Below, one piece after another: positions 50,454 through 59,144 of a stretch of DNA of 64,000 bases. Position numbers and translations under genes: made by a program. This DNA is from Planctomycetota bacterium (GTDB lineage Bacteria > Planctomycetota > UBA11346). The notes under the pieces were generated by a model. The model was not told where the DNA came from. It saw only the letters and a list, made by a program, of their open reading frames with translations, and ran no database searches. How positions within the stretch are numbered: position 1 is the stretch's first letter; each line of letters starts with the position of its first letter. The DNA lies in NCBI GenBank assembly GCA_038231435.1, contig JBBRLJ010000001.1, positions 64,001-128,000 on the forward strand, read 5' to 3'.

Positions 50454-51409
50454 GACCGCCCCTGGGCATGGACCCGGGCGGAGGTGATGGTCGGATCATT
50501 CTGCACTCCCGCCGATCGCGAGCGTTCGGCCACCTCTTGCTCGTGCATGGCCTTGAAGGCGGGAAAGCGCGCGAAGCACAGGCGCCGCAGCAGGCGGCCG
50601 CGTAGGCTGCGAGTCAGCGATGGCCGCGGGCGCAGCTTGCGCACGCGACCGCGGAACGGGTCGTAATAGATGCCTCGGGGTGCGGCCATGGGTGCCCCTC
50701 GTCCACACAGCAGTTTCAACGTTTCGGTGCCTGCCGCCGCCGCGCACAGCATACAGGCGGTCGCGAGCGCCGGCCCGTTCTCGCCGGGGATGTCGACGCG
50801 CGCGGGATCGACATCGCTCACCAGGCCAGGCGCCAGGCCCAGGGCCATCGCCATCAGCTGCTCGGCGCGAGTCATGCCTTCCTCGAAGCGGAAGTAGTCC
50901 TCGAACGACATGCCACACGGCAAGAACACCAGCACCGCGGCGCCGTATCCGATCGGCCCTGCGTTCACCACTGGGATACCGCGCGCGCGGCAGGCGCCAT
51001 AGAGCAGCTTGCGCGCCTCGATGCGGAAGAAATCGATGCCATCGACCACCACCTCGACCCCGAACAGGAAGGACTCGATGTTGGTTTCGGTGATCCCCTC
51101 GCTGAAAACGCGCACCGAAGCGTCCGGGTTGATCGATGAGATCATGTCGGCGCAGACATCGGCCTTGCCCATGCCGATGGTCAGCATGGTCGCGCCGAGT
51201 TGGCGATTCAGGTTGGGGATATCGAAAGTGTCGGGATCGGCGAGATGGAAGGCGCCGATCCCGAGGCGGGCGAGCGTCTGCGCATGTCCGCCGCCGACGC
51301 CGCCGAGGCCTGCGAGCGCGACTCTGGCACCGCGCATGCGCGCCTGCTCGACCTCGCTCACCAGGCCGAGATTTCGCCGGAAGGCCTGATCATAGGCGAA
51401 GGCGCTCAT
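50450..51409 (-). CDS. ThiF/E1-like adenylyltransferase (N-acyl amino acid synthase-associated type)
   Basis: FAYDQAFRRNLG, VALAGLGGVGG, ADPDTFDIPNLNRQ, GK, VVDGIDFF, GMSFEDYF; no MoeB-type CxxC zinc sites; 4-nt overlaps with both neighbours. Confidence 0.88.
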   Translation of the reverse strand: MSAFAYDQAFRRNLGLVSEVEQARMRGARVALAGLGGVGGGHAQTLARLGIGAFHLADPDTFDIPNLNRQLGATMLTIGMGKADVCADMISSINPDASVRVFSEGITETNIESFLFGVEVVVDGIDFFRIEARKLLYGACRARGIPVVNAGPIGYGAAVLVFLPCGMSFEDYFRFEEGMTRAEQLMAMALGLAPGLVSDVDPARVDIPGENGPALATACMLCAAAAGTETLKLLCGRGAPMAAPRGIYYDPFRGRVRKLRPRPSLTRSLRGRLLRRLCFARFPAFKAMHEQEVAERSRSAGVQNDPTITSARVHAQGRS

Positions 51410-52317
51410 GGAGGGACACCGAGGCGCTGGCTGATCGGCACGGGACGCTTGCTGAGGTAATTCACCAGCAATGGATGACTGACGGCCTGCGCTTCCCAAG
51501 CCGGAGCCAACGGCGCGAGCAGCGATGCCGTCCGCGGGTCTTGCAGGAGGGCGCGCAGCGCGCGGCGGTCGATGCGGTATGGTTGGCGCAGCCCGCGAAA
51601 CTCCACACCGGGACCGATCGGATGGAAGACGAAACCGACACTGCGTGCGAGCTGCTGCAGGCGCGGTTCCATCAGAGCGAGGATGTAGTCCAACCGCGCA
51701 TGGACGGCGAGATGCGCAGCAGACAACCACAGGAACGAAGCGAGATTCTGGCGATGCTGGCTTTCCTCGCGCCAGCGGACCGCATCGATAGCCGCGGGCG
51801 GCCGACAGTCCTGCGAACGCGTGAAGCGTCGGAACGGCGCAACGATGCAGAAGCGCGATATCTCGGTGTATCCAAGGCGATCGCTGCCATCACGCGGCAG
51901 CATGCCCGTCTCCAGATGGGTGCAGACCTCCTCGAGATGGAACGGCGCCGCCAGGCATTGGGGATCGGCGAGCATCAGCCGGAAGCAGCCGATCGGCATG
52001 CCGGTGGCACGGTAATAGGCGACCACGCTCACCGAACGCATATCCGCGGCGTCGTATTCCAGATGATCTGGAAATCGCCCAGCCGGCTCGTAACCCAACT
52101 CATCGCAGTACACTTGCCAGCGCACCGAGAACGCGTCGCGCTCGGTGCTATCATCGGTCGCGACGCGCAGCTCGAAGATCTCGTCGATGCCGTGCTGGGG
52201 AGGCAGCACGCCGTCGGGCACGATTGGATCGGGCATCACCAGCGACGGCATGCGCTGGTAATGGAACGCCGGCACCAGCCGATTCGCGAGCGGAGTGATG
52301 GTCAGCGCCGCGCTCAC
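51406..52317 (-). CDS. GNAT N-acyl amino acid synthase (FeeM / exosortase-associated acyltransferase-like)
   Basis: AFSVRWQVYCDELGYE, LEYDAADMRS, IGCFRL, EISRFCIVAPFRR, ALMEPRL, PIGPGVEFRGLRQPY; GTG start overlaps the ACP stop (GTGA). Confidence 0.85.
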   Translation of the reverse strand: MSAALTITPLANRLVPAFHYQRMPSLVMPDPIVPDGVLPPQHGIDEIFELRVATDDSTERDAFSVRWQVYCDELGYEPAGRFPDHLEYDAADMRSVSVVAYYRATGMPIGCFRLMLADPQCLAAPFHLEEVCTHLETGMLPRDGSDRLGYTEISRFCIVAPFRRFTRSQDCRPPAAIDAVRWREESQHRQNLASFLWLSAAHLAVHARLDYILALMEPRLQQLARSVGFVFHPIGPGVEFRGLRQPYRIDRRALRALLQDPRTASLLAPLAPAWEAQAVSHPLLVNYLSKRPVPISQRLGVPP

Positions 52318-52547
52318 GGCTTGCCGCCCAAGGCGAGGATCTTCTGCGCCACATCGGCCAAGGTGGTGGTGTCCTTCGGCTCGTAGTCGGACATCTGCAC
52401 GCCGCAGATGCTCTCGATCTCCATCACCAGATTCACCGCGGTCATCGAATCCCAGTTCGGGCAATCGCTCAGGCGCAAGGTCGGCACCAGGGCGTCGTCG
52501 GCGAGTGACGGGAAGGCGTTGCGCATCGCCAGGGCGAGATTCTGCAT
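52314..52547 (-). CDS. Acyl carrier protein
   Basis: 77 aa, acidic; WDSM phosphopantetheine site, LVMEIESICGV, TTLADV; RBS AAGGAG. Confidence 0.85.
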   Translation of the reverse strand: MQNLALAMRNAFPSLADDALVPTLRLSDCPNWDSMTAVNLVMEIESICGVQMSDYEPKDTTTLADVAQKILALGGKP

Positions 52548-52549
52548 GG

Positions 52550-53650
52550 TCAGGCTCCTTGGGTGGTGGTTGGATCGGCAACGGGCGACGCGCTTGCGTC
52601 GGCCCGGGGACAGGCGTCGTGCGGTGCGATGAAACGGCATCCAGCCCAGGCGAGCCCGCCGCCGAAGACGGCGAGCAGTACCGATTGGCCCGCGGGGACC
52701 GGTCCACCGCGCGCGAGCTCGTCCAAGGCGATGAACACGCCCGCAGCTCCGGTGTTGCCGTAGCGGTCGAGATTGACCGGGAAGCGCTCGCGCGACAGCC
52801 CGCTGCGATCGGCGATTCCGTAGATGATGTTGATGTTGGCCTGGTGCAGCACCGCCGCGTGCACGCGCTCGCGGCCGCCTGCCATGGCAGTCAGCGCCTC
52901 GATCATCATCGCACCCTTGTCGATGGCGAACTCGAGGACCTTCTTCCCTTCCATGCGGAAGTAGAGCCGCTTGGGATCGGTACACGTCGTGCTGGGCTCG
53001 CGCGTGCCTCCGGCGGGAATCTCGATCACATGCTGTCCGCTGCCATCGCAGCCGAGGATGGTTTCATCGACGCAGGCGCGCGCCCAGGCCTTGTCAGCGT
53101 GCGCCGCTCCACCGATCAGCACCGCGCCAGCACCGTCACCGAAGTAGGGATAGGAGCTGAAGTCCTTCGGATTCATCAGCTTGGTGGTGGTATCGGCGCC
53201 GATCACCAGCAGCGGGCCCTTGGCGATCGGCAACATGCCGATCGCCGCGGTCAGCGCGTACAGCGCGCTGCTGCACACCGCCGCGAGATCGAAGGCGAAG
53301 GCGCTGGTAGGCGCCTTGAGCGCGTCGTGCACGATCGCCGCGGTCGGCGGGATGATCTTGTCCGCGCAACAGCTGCCGACCACGATGCCGCCGAGTGCGG
53401 AGGCGGAGATCCCGGCGCGTTCGAGACAGCGCCGAGCCGCCGCGATGGCCAGATCCGACGTCGCGGTCTCGGCGTCGGCGTGGCGACGCTCGCGGATGCC
53501 GGTCTTCACCGCGATCATCGGCAGCATTGCCGCCGGGAACTGCGTCAGATCGGCGTTGGCGACCACGCGATTTGGCACGGCGTGGCCGGTCGCCAGGATG
53601 TACGCCGGCGCGCTCGTGTGCCGCTGGACTGATGGGGACTGGCTCTGCAT
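52550..53650 (-). CDS. fabH: 3-oxoacyl-ACP synthase III (KAS III)
   Basis: KTGIRERR, FDLAAVCSS (Cys), FGDGAGAVL, MEGKKV, LHQAN (His), YGNTGAA (Asn), FGGGLAW. Confidence 0.92.
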   Translation of the reverse strand: MQSQSPSVQRHTSAPAYILATGHAVPNRVVANADLTQFPAAMLPMIAVKTGIRERRHADAETATSDLAIAAARRCLERAGISASALGGIVVGSCCADKIIPPTAAIVHDALKAPTSAFAFDLAAVCSSALYALTAAIGMLPIAKGPLLVIGADTTTKLMNPKDFSSYPYFGDGAGAVLIGGAAHADKAWARACVDETILGCDGSGQHVIEIPAGGTREPSTTCTDPKRLYFRMEGKKVLEFAIDKGAMMIEALTAMAGGRERVHAAVLHQANINIIYGIADRSGLSRERFPVNLDRYGNTGAAGVFIALDELARGGPVPAGQSVLLAVFGGGLAWAGCRFIAPHDACPRADASASPVADPTTTQGA

Positions 53651-53788
53651 GCGGGCTCCACAACGGATGCCCGGCGCCGATGGCATTAGGCGCGCCCCTC
53701 GGGTGCTCGGCCGGGCTCGACACGCCACTGTATGACGCAGGAATCCGCTCCGGCCTCGCCGCAGAAGCCCGGCCCCGAGCTTGGCTCG

Positions 53789-55876
53789 TCAGGGCTTGGT
53801 CGGGGTCATCCAGGGCGACTCGCCCGGAGTCATCAAGCGGAAATCCGCGCGCGCTGGATGCGCGGGATCCGGCCCGAAGCCCGGCATCGCCACCGTCGTT
53901 CCGGGCGTGCGCTCCGGCAGCGCCGCCACGGCCGCGCGCATGTCCTCGACCGGCGGCGCCTGCCATGCCTCGATCTCGTCGATGCGCAGGCGATCGAGGC
54001 GGTTCAATCCGATCACGAACAGCTGCAAGCGCGCCCCGGGCGCGGGCTCGCCGAACGCCAGTGCAGCGCGCTCGCCTTGCAGCCGGATCTCCATGTGCTC
54101 ACCGGACAGGTACTCGACGACGCGCGTGTACTCGGAAGCGGCTCCCTCGACGGGCGCGGGCAGGTCCAGGTCCTTGCCGATGTCGAGCAGCTGGGTCAGC
54201 GACCGGAAGGAATCCCACTGCACGAACACGCTGTAGGTACCCACCGTGTTCGGCAGGCACAAGCCTTCCTCGATGGTGATCCGCACCGGCACTGCCGGCG
54301 CTTGCACGTCGATCGCGACACCGAAACGCCCAGAGGTTGTCTCCATGCAGCCGGACCCACCCACGCCGCCTGACGCGAGATGCCGCCACGAGCCCCCGAG
54401 GACCGTGAAATCCGTTGGTCCGCCGTCGTCGAAATCCCATGCGCGGTGGTAGCCGGTTGCTGGCGCGCCCTCGGCGACCAGCGGAGTGGTTTCCACTGCG
54501 CCGGAGGCCTCGAAGCCGACGACCTCCTCGATCCACAGTTGTGCATCGGCGTCGGCGGGCGTTCCATCGGCATGGACGACCCGCCACTCGTAGGAGGCGA
54601 GCGGTGTCCCGGCTGCGAGCGTGCGCCGACCTCCGGTGTCGAGACGTGCGGTGAAACCACTGTCCAGGCTGATGGTGGCCGTGGTCAGGGTCTCGAAACG
54701 CGGGCGCAGGCGGACGTGGTATGCCTGGCCGCCAGTGTCGGTCGCCACCACCTCGATCAGGTCGGCGCTCGCGAAATGATCGGCGACATAGCGGAAGCTC
54801 AGGCAGGTGCGGCCTCCCGCCGGGAACGGTTCGGGCGATGCGCCAGAGTGGCGTGGGCCGTGCATGCCAAGGTAGGTGCGCTGGCCACCGGCAACACTCT
54901 GGGTGCGGACCGCCACCGTACCTGCCGGAGTTCCAGGAGGCTGGCCGAGCGCATCCGGCCACGCTTCGGGCGAGTCGGCGAACACCGTGGAGAACAGCGT
55001 CTTGGTGCCGAGCACCAACCGATCGGCGAGCGACCCCGAGCGCACGCTGGCGAACATGGCCTCGCGGTCGGCAGTGGCGGTGGCGGCATGGCCGGATCCG
55101 ATCTCGGCCACCGCGCCATCGCTCAGTCGGGTCAGGCGCACGCGCCCTTCGTCGACCTGCAGCCGCGTCGCCGAGGACGACACAGATAGCCGCAAGCGGG
55201 TGCCGATGACCTCGGCGCGTGCCTGCGAGGTGGAGAACACCAGCGCCTTGCCGGCGGCGCGGTGGGTGACCGCCGCATCGAGTTCGCCTTGTTCGAGCTC
55301 GAGCCGATCGCTCCCTGGCGCGGACATGCGCAACGTGGTCGATGGGCCGAGATCGAGGCGCGTGCCGTCGGCGTAAGCGAGGGCGAGATGGGAGCCCTCG
55401 CCCACCACGATGCGGTCGCCGGCGGCGATCGGCGCTGCTGGAACGAGCGGCGTCGTGCGTCCATCGCGCTGCGCCTCGGCTGAGCCGCCGACGTCGACGA
55501 CCGTCGCGATCGCGTGCGCCGCAACCAGCGGATCCGCGCCCGTGCCGGTCGCGTGGTCGCGCCTGGCGGCGACCACCGCCAGCATGGTCGAGATCAGCAG
55601 CAGCGCGGCCGCGGCGAGCCCCCACCGCCAGCGCGCCGCACGCGGCTTCGGCGCTGGCACGAGGCGCAGGCGCGTCGAGGGATGGTCGGGATGGCCGGCG
55701 CGCATGCGCAGCACCGACGAGAGCAGGACTTCGCGGGTGCTGAGTTCGGCGAATCGCGCCGCAGCGGCGGGATCCTCGCGCAGGCGCTGGTCGAGGGCCG
55801 CGAGCGCCTCGCCGTCGAGATCGCCGGTGAAATACGCGATGATGTCGCCGTCGAGCTCACGCGGGGACGCGGTCAC
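53789..55876 (-). CDS. FecR-domain anti-sigma factor with a large C-terminal extracytoplasmic region
   Basis: N-terminal anti-sigma helices, TM, FecR core (YADGTRLDLGP, LEQGELDAAV, AEVIGTRL, LQVDEGRVRL); 4-nt overlap with the sigma gene. Confidence 0.88.
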   Translation of the reverse strand: MTASPRELDGDIIAYFTGDLDGEALAALDQRLREDPAAAARFAELSTREVLLSSVLRMRAGHPDHPSTRLRLVPAPKPRAARWRWGLAAAALLLISTMLAVVAARRDHATGTGADPLVAAHAIATVVDVGGSAEAQRDGRTTPLVPAAPIAAGDRIVVGEGSHLALAYADGTRLDLGPSTTLRMSAPGSDRLELEQGELDAAVTHRAAGKALVFSTSQARAEVIGTRLRLSVSSSATRLQVDEGRVRLTRLSDGAVAEIGSGHAATATADREAMFASVRSGSLADRLVLGTKTLFSTVFADSPEAWPDALGQPPGTPAGTVAVRTQSVAGGQRTYLGMHGPRHSGASPEPFPAGGRTCLSFRYVADHFASADLIEVVATDTGGQAYHVRLRPRFETLTTATISLDSGFTARLDTGGRRTLAAGTPLASYEWRVVHADGTPADADAQLWIEEVVGFEASGAVETTPLVAEGAPATGYHRAWDFDDGGPTDFTVLGGSWRHLASGGVGGSGCMETTSGRFGVAIDVQAPAVPVRITIEEGLCLPNTVGTYSVFVQWDSFRSLTQLLDIGKDLDLPAPVEGAASEYTRVVEYLSGEHMEIRLQGERAALAFGEPAPGARLQLFVIGLNRLDRLRIDEIEAWQAPPVEDMRAAVAALPERTPGTTVAMPGFGPDPAHPARADFRLMTPGESPWMTPTKP

Positions 55877-56400
55877 GCTCCACTCCCCTGGCGGCGGGCG
55901 CGCTCGACGCAGTCCTCGAGCGCCAGCCGGGCGCGCTTGAGCACCGCGTACGCCCCCTGCACCGTGCGGCCGATGCGCTGGGCGATGGTCGGCACGTCGA
56001 GGCGCTCCACGTAGCGCGCCATCACGCCGGCGCGCGCGTCCCCGGACAGCTTGTCGACGCAGCTCGCCATGGCTTCGGACAAGCCGTTCTCGGTCTCCAC
56101 CGGATAGGCGACGGCGACCTGATCGAGGGCCTCGGACGAGAGCATGCGCGACATGCGCCCCTGCTTGCGCAAGAGCTCGCGCGACTTGCGCCGGATCACT
56201 TCCTTGAGCCAGGGCATGAACCCGTCGCTGGCCGGCAGCCCGTCGCGCTGCGACATCAGCACCAGGGCGACCTCCTGGTAGATGTCGTCGGCGAGGTGGA
56301 AATCACGGGTTATGGCGAAAGCGTAGGCCTCGATCATGCGCCGGTTGACGAGGGCGAGCTCCATCGCCCGGCGGTGCACATCCTGCTGGTCATCGTCCAC
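55873..56400 (-). CDS. ECF RNA polymerase sigma-70 factor (Planctomycete/Verrucomicrobia type)
   Basis: AYAFAITRDFHLADDIYQEV, FMPWL, MASCVDKL, IAQRIGRTVQGAYAVLKRARLALEDCVE; GGAGG RBS. Confidence 0.92.
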   Translation of the reverse strand: MDDDQQDVHRRAMELALVNRRMIEAYAFAITRDFHLADDIYQEVALVLMSQRDGLPASDGFMPWLKEVIRRKSRELLRKQGRMSRMLSSEALDQVAVAYPVETENGLSEAMASCVDKLSGDARAGVMARYVERLDVPTIAQRIGRTVQGAYAVLKRARLALEDCVERARRQGSGA

Positions 56401-56569
56401 GCGCGCTCCTCCGAGGCCTTGCCCACCATCGAGTGTCGCTGGCCAGGCGATTTAGGCGATGCTGTTTTCCCCCGGGAGCCTCGGACGAGCCGCTGGAGCG
56501 GTGCAGGGGTTGCATGGACGGCTCGTGCCCCTTCCTCGCGGGTCGCCTCGGGACCCTCTCAGCGTGATC

Positions 56570-57661
56570 TCAGGGCGCCCCGGCCAGGTGTTCCGCCAGG
56601 AAGGCATAGGCGCGATCGCCGTTGATGCGATGCCTGCCCTCGAAGAGGTCCTCGGCGACCAGCGCCTCGGCGCCGAACACCCGGTAGTGATCGCGGGTCC
56701 GGGCCAGGCCTTCGCGCACCGCGGCGATCGGGAAGATCTCGTCGCGGGTCCCTGATTCGACCAGCACCGGCCGAGGCGCCACCAGCGCCGCGATGTCGTG
56801 CATCTCGCCGAAGCGGTGCAGTCCGGGCACCACGTTGCAGGAGCAGTGGTTGCAGTACAGCACGCTGCCCGCGAACGACGACAGGTAGCCGCTGATAGCG
56901 CACGCCGAGATGCGCGGATCGAGGGCGGCCGAGAATAGCGTGTGCATGCCGCCTCCGGATATGCCCATCGCGCCGATGCGCGCGGCATCCACCTCGGAGC
57001 GGCCGATCAGCCAATCGAGCAGGCGCTTTCCGTCGCGCACGCGCATCCCGACCACCGAGCCGCCGAGATGGAAGGCGAGCGCAGCGGTGTGGTGGCAGCA
57101 GTACGGCACCGGCGAACACGTCGCGACCAGTGGTGAATAGTCGGTCTGGCGATCGCCGAACGCCGAAATCTCGGGCGCCGCCACGACGAAGCCGCGCCGG
57201 CACAGCTCGAGCGCGAAGTCGCGCTGGTAGCCGTCGACGACGCGCCGTTCCGAGCCGTCTTCCCACAGGCCAACGATCTCCTTCGCGCCGTAGCCGTGTC
57301 CGTGGAAGGCGAGCACCGCGGGCCGCTTCCCGCGAGCGTCCGCTGCCACCCGGGCAGCGTTCTTGGGCAGCAGCAGGTAGACGGGCATCTTGACCTTCTC
57401 CGCCGTCGTCAGCTCGTGCAATTCGCGCACGTGATCGCCACGGTCGATGCTCTCTAGCAAGCGCGCCTTCACGCGGAAAGCCGGCTCCTGGAAACCGATC
57501 AACCGGTCGAGCTCACGACGCGTCGCGCGCTGCCAGCGCCGCGCCACGGCCGGGGAGCGCGCGGTGAAACGGTGCGGAGCGCTCTCCGGCGCATGCATCG
57601 CCCACAGGGCGTGGGCCGGCTGGTAGTCCTTCGGTTTGGAAGCGGACCTGGATGTCGGCAT
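56570..57661 (-). CDS. Alpha/beta hydrolase (dienelactone hydrolase / abhydrolase_7-like)
   Basis: PAVLAFHGHG, RIGAMGISGGG, HCSCNVVPGL, IAALVAPRP, GTRD, GRH. Confidence 0.88.
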   Translation of the reverse strand: MPTSRSASKPKDYQPAHALWAMHAPESAPHRFTARSPAVARRWQRATRRELDRLIGFQEPAFRVKARLLESIDRGDHVRELHELTTAEKVKMPVYLLLPKNAARVAADARGKRPAVLAFHGHGYGAKEIVGLWEDGSERRVVDGYQRDFALELCRRGFVVAAPEISAFGDRQTDYSPLVATCSPVPYCCHHTAALAFHLGGSVVGMRVRDGKRLLDWLIGRSEVDAARIGAMGISGGGMHTLFSAALDPRISACAISGYLSSFAGSVLYCNHCSCNVVPGLHRFGEMHDIAALVAPRPVLVESGTRDEIFPIAAVREGLARTRDHYRVFGAEALVAEDLFEGRHRINGDRAYAFLAEHLAGAP

Positions 57662-57768
57662 GGCTGCTCCGTTCCGCTCACGTGACTGGTGTCGACTGGC
57701 CCGGACGGGCGTCAGGCATCGGACGCCGCCCGTCGTTGAATTCAACCAGGCATCGCCCGGGCCCGCCG

Positions 57769-58107
57769 TCAGCGCGGACGCCAGCCGAAGCGGCGCAGGT
57801 CGATCCGCCCGCGCTCGTCGAAAGCCACTCCCTCAGCTTCGAGCCGCTGCCGCTGCCGGTCGTCGGCTCCGGGCTCGGCGCGGCGGCTCACCATGCCCTG
57901 GCTGTTCACCACCCGGTGCCAGGGCGTGCGCGCATCGAGCGGCAGCGCATGCAGGGCGTATCCGACCTGCCGCGCGCGGCCAGGCAGCCCGGCGATCTCC
58001 GCCACCTGCCCATAGCTGGCGACGCGTCGGCGCGGAATCGCGCGCACCACGTCATAGATGCGTTCGTAGGCGGGATGCCTGTGCGGGAAGGAGGCCGCGA
58101 TGGGCAC
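57769..58107 (-). CDS. Alkyltransferase-like protein (MGMT family, Atl/YbaZ type)
   Basis: IYDVVRAIP..VASYGQVA..ARQVGYAL..PWHRVVNSQG..QRLEAEGV; Trp replaces the catalytic Cys of PCHRV. Start uncertain. Confidence 0.88.
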   Translation of the reverse strand: MPIAASFPHRHPAYERIYDVVRAIPRRRVASYGQVAEIAGLPGRARQVGYALHALPLDARTPWHRVVNSQGMVSRRAEPGADDRQRQRLEAEGVAFDERGRIDLRRFGWRPR

Positions 58108-58352
58108 GGCGCGCGGCGCGCCGGTTCCAGAGCCGACCCCAGGGCAGGCTCGCGCTCGACCGCTCGCTGGAACGTGGATGGATCGGCGACCTGCCATGGG
58201 TGTACGCTCGGCGAGTGGTTGGCAGTGGAAGCACTGACGGCCGGGGAGCCAGCGGTGCTCGTATTCGCAACGGTCATCCACCCTCCGCCACGAACAACCG
58301 GCTCGCCACGAGGAGCCGCTGGCGGTGGCGGCCAGGCCGGCATGCTGCCGGG

Positions 58353-58970
58353 ATGCCCGATGCTCCCGCGCCAGCCAAGGGATTCGTGGCCCGCATGAAG
58401 CTGATCCTGCTGTGGATCTGGTGGGGCGGCAGCACCAAGCCCGGGCCGGGTTGGGCTCTGGTCGGGGGCTTGGCCCTCGGGTTCATCGTTGGCGTGCTCT
58501 TGGACATGCGCTTCCGCGAAGTCGAGATCGTCGAGCGCGTGCGCACCTACATCTTCGGCGAGAAGTCGATGGAGCTGCCCAAGCCGGTGACTCCCCCTCC
58601 GCCAGGCATGGTCTGGGTGAAGGTGCTGACCACCGGATATTGCCCGTGCAGGATCTGCTGCGAGAAGGCGGTGCAGGATTGGAAGACGGCCATCAACCGC
58701 GACATCCGCACCTATCCCTACGGTATCGCCAGCGCGCATCAGCTGGTGCCGCCGCGCCTCTGGCTCACCATCCCCGGCTACGGGTACGCCATGGTCGACG
58801 ATACGGGCGGCGCCATGCTCAAGGACGCCAGCCGCGGCATCGTCCACCTCGATCTACGCTTCGAGGATCACCAGATCGCCCGCCATTGGGGGCGGCGCTG
58901 GGTGTGGGTCGCCCTGCCCGAAGAGAGCGGAGCGGCGCAGTTGCCGCGCGAGCCGGAGCCGACGCATTGA
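58353..58970 (+). CDS. Membrane-anchored 3D-domain (MltA/Sps-like) protein
   Basis: TM segment; TTGYCPCRICC, LTIPGYG, VDDTGGA, HLDLRF..ARHWGRR. Confidence 0.8.
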   Translation: MPDAPAPAKGFVARMKLILLWIWWGGSTKPGPGWALVGGLALGFIVGVLLDMRFREVEIVERVRTYIFGEKSMELPKPVTPPPPGMVWVKVLTTGYCPCRICCEKAVQDWKTAINRDIRTYPYGIASAHQLVPPRLWLTIPGYGYAMVDDTGGAMLKDASRGIVHLDLRFEDHQIARHWGRRWVWVALPEESGAAQLPREPEPTH

Positions 58971-58988
58971 CCAACGCAGGCATTTCCA

Positions 58989-59011
58989 TGATATAATACT
59001 GGTATTATATC
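58989..59011 (+). promoter_or_regulatory. Extended -10 promoter overlapped by a perfect 22-bp palindrome (candidate operator) upstream of the GH5 gene
   Basis: TGaTATAAT at 58989-97; GATATAATAC-tg-GTATTATATC at 58990-59011. Confidence 0.6.
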
Positions 59012-59144
59012 CCGTGTCCGCGTCCATCTCCGGTTTTTCTAGTATTTCTGTCATACATTGCGTAGTTAGGCGTTCGAATGATAGACGAATAAGATACCGG
59101 TCCTATTCGACCCTCGCCACCCACGCGTCTTTCTGGAGCCCTCG

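Noticed and set aside
47178..53650. PEP-CTERM/exosortase locus or LuxI quorum-sensing synthase
   Set aside because: No exosortase, PEP-CTERM protein or LuxR in the window; the acyltransferase fits the N-acyl amino acid synthase type better than LuxI.
57769..58107. Inactivated O6-methylguanine methyltransferase (pseudogene)
   Set aside because: PWHRV is the normal signature of alkyltransferase-like (Atl) proteins, a known functional family.
58985..59015. Possible dif/Xer recombination site
   Set aside because: The TAA...TTA arms are separated by 8 bp rather than 6 and there is no XerD-type TTATGTTAAA arm; better explained as an operator or promoter.
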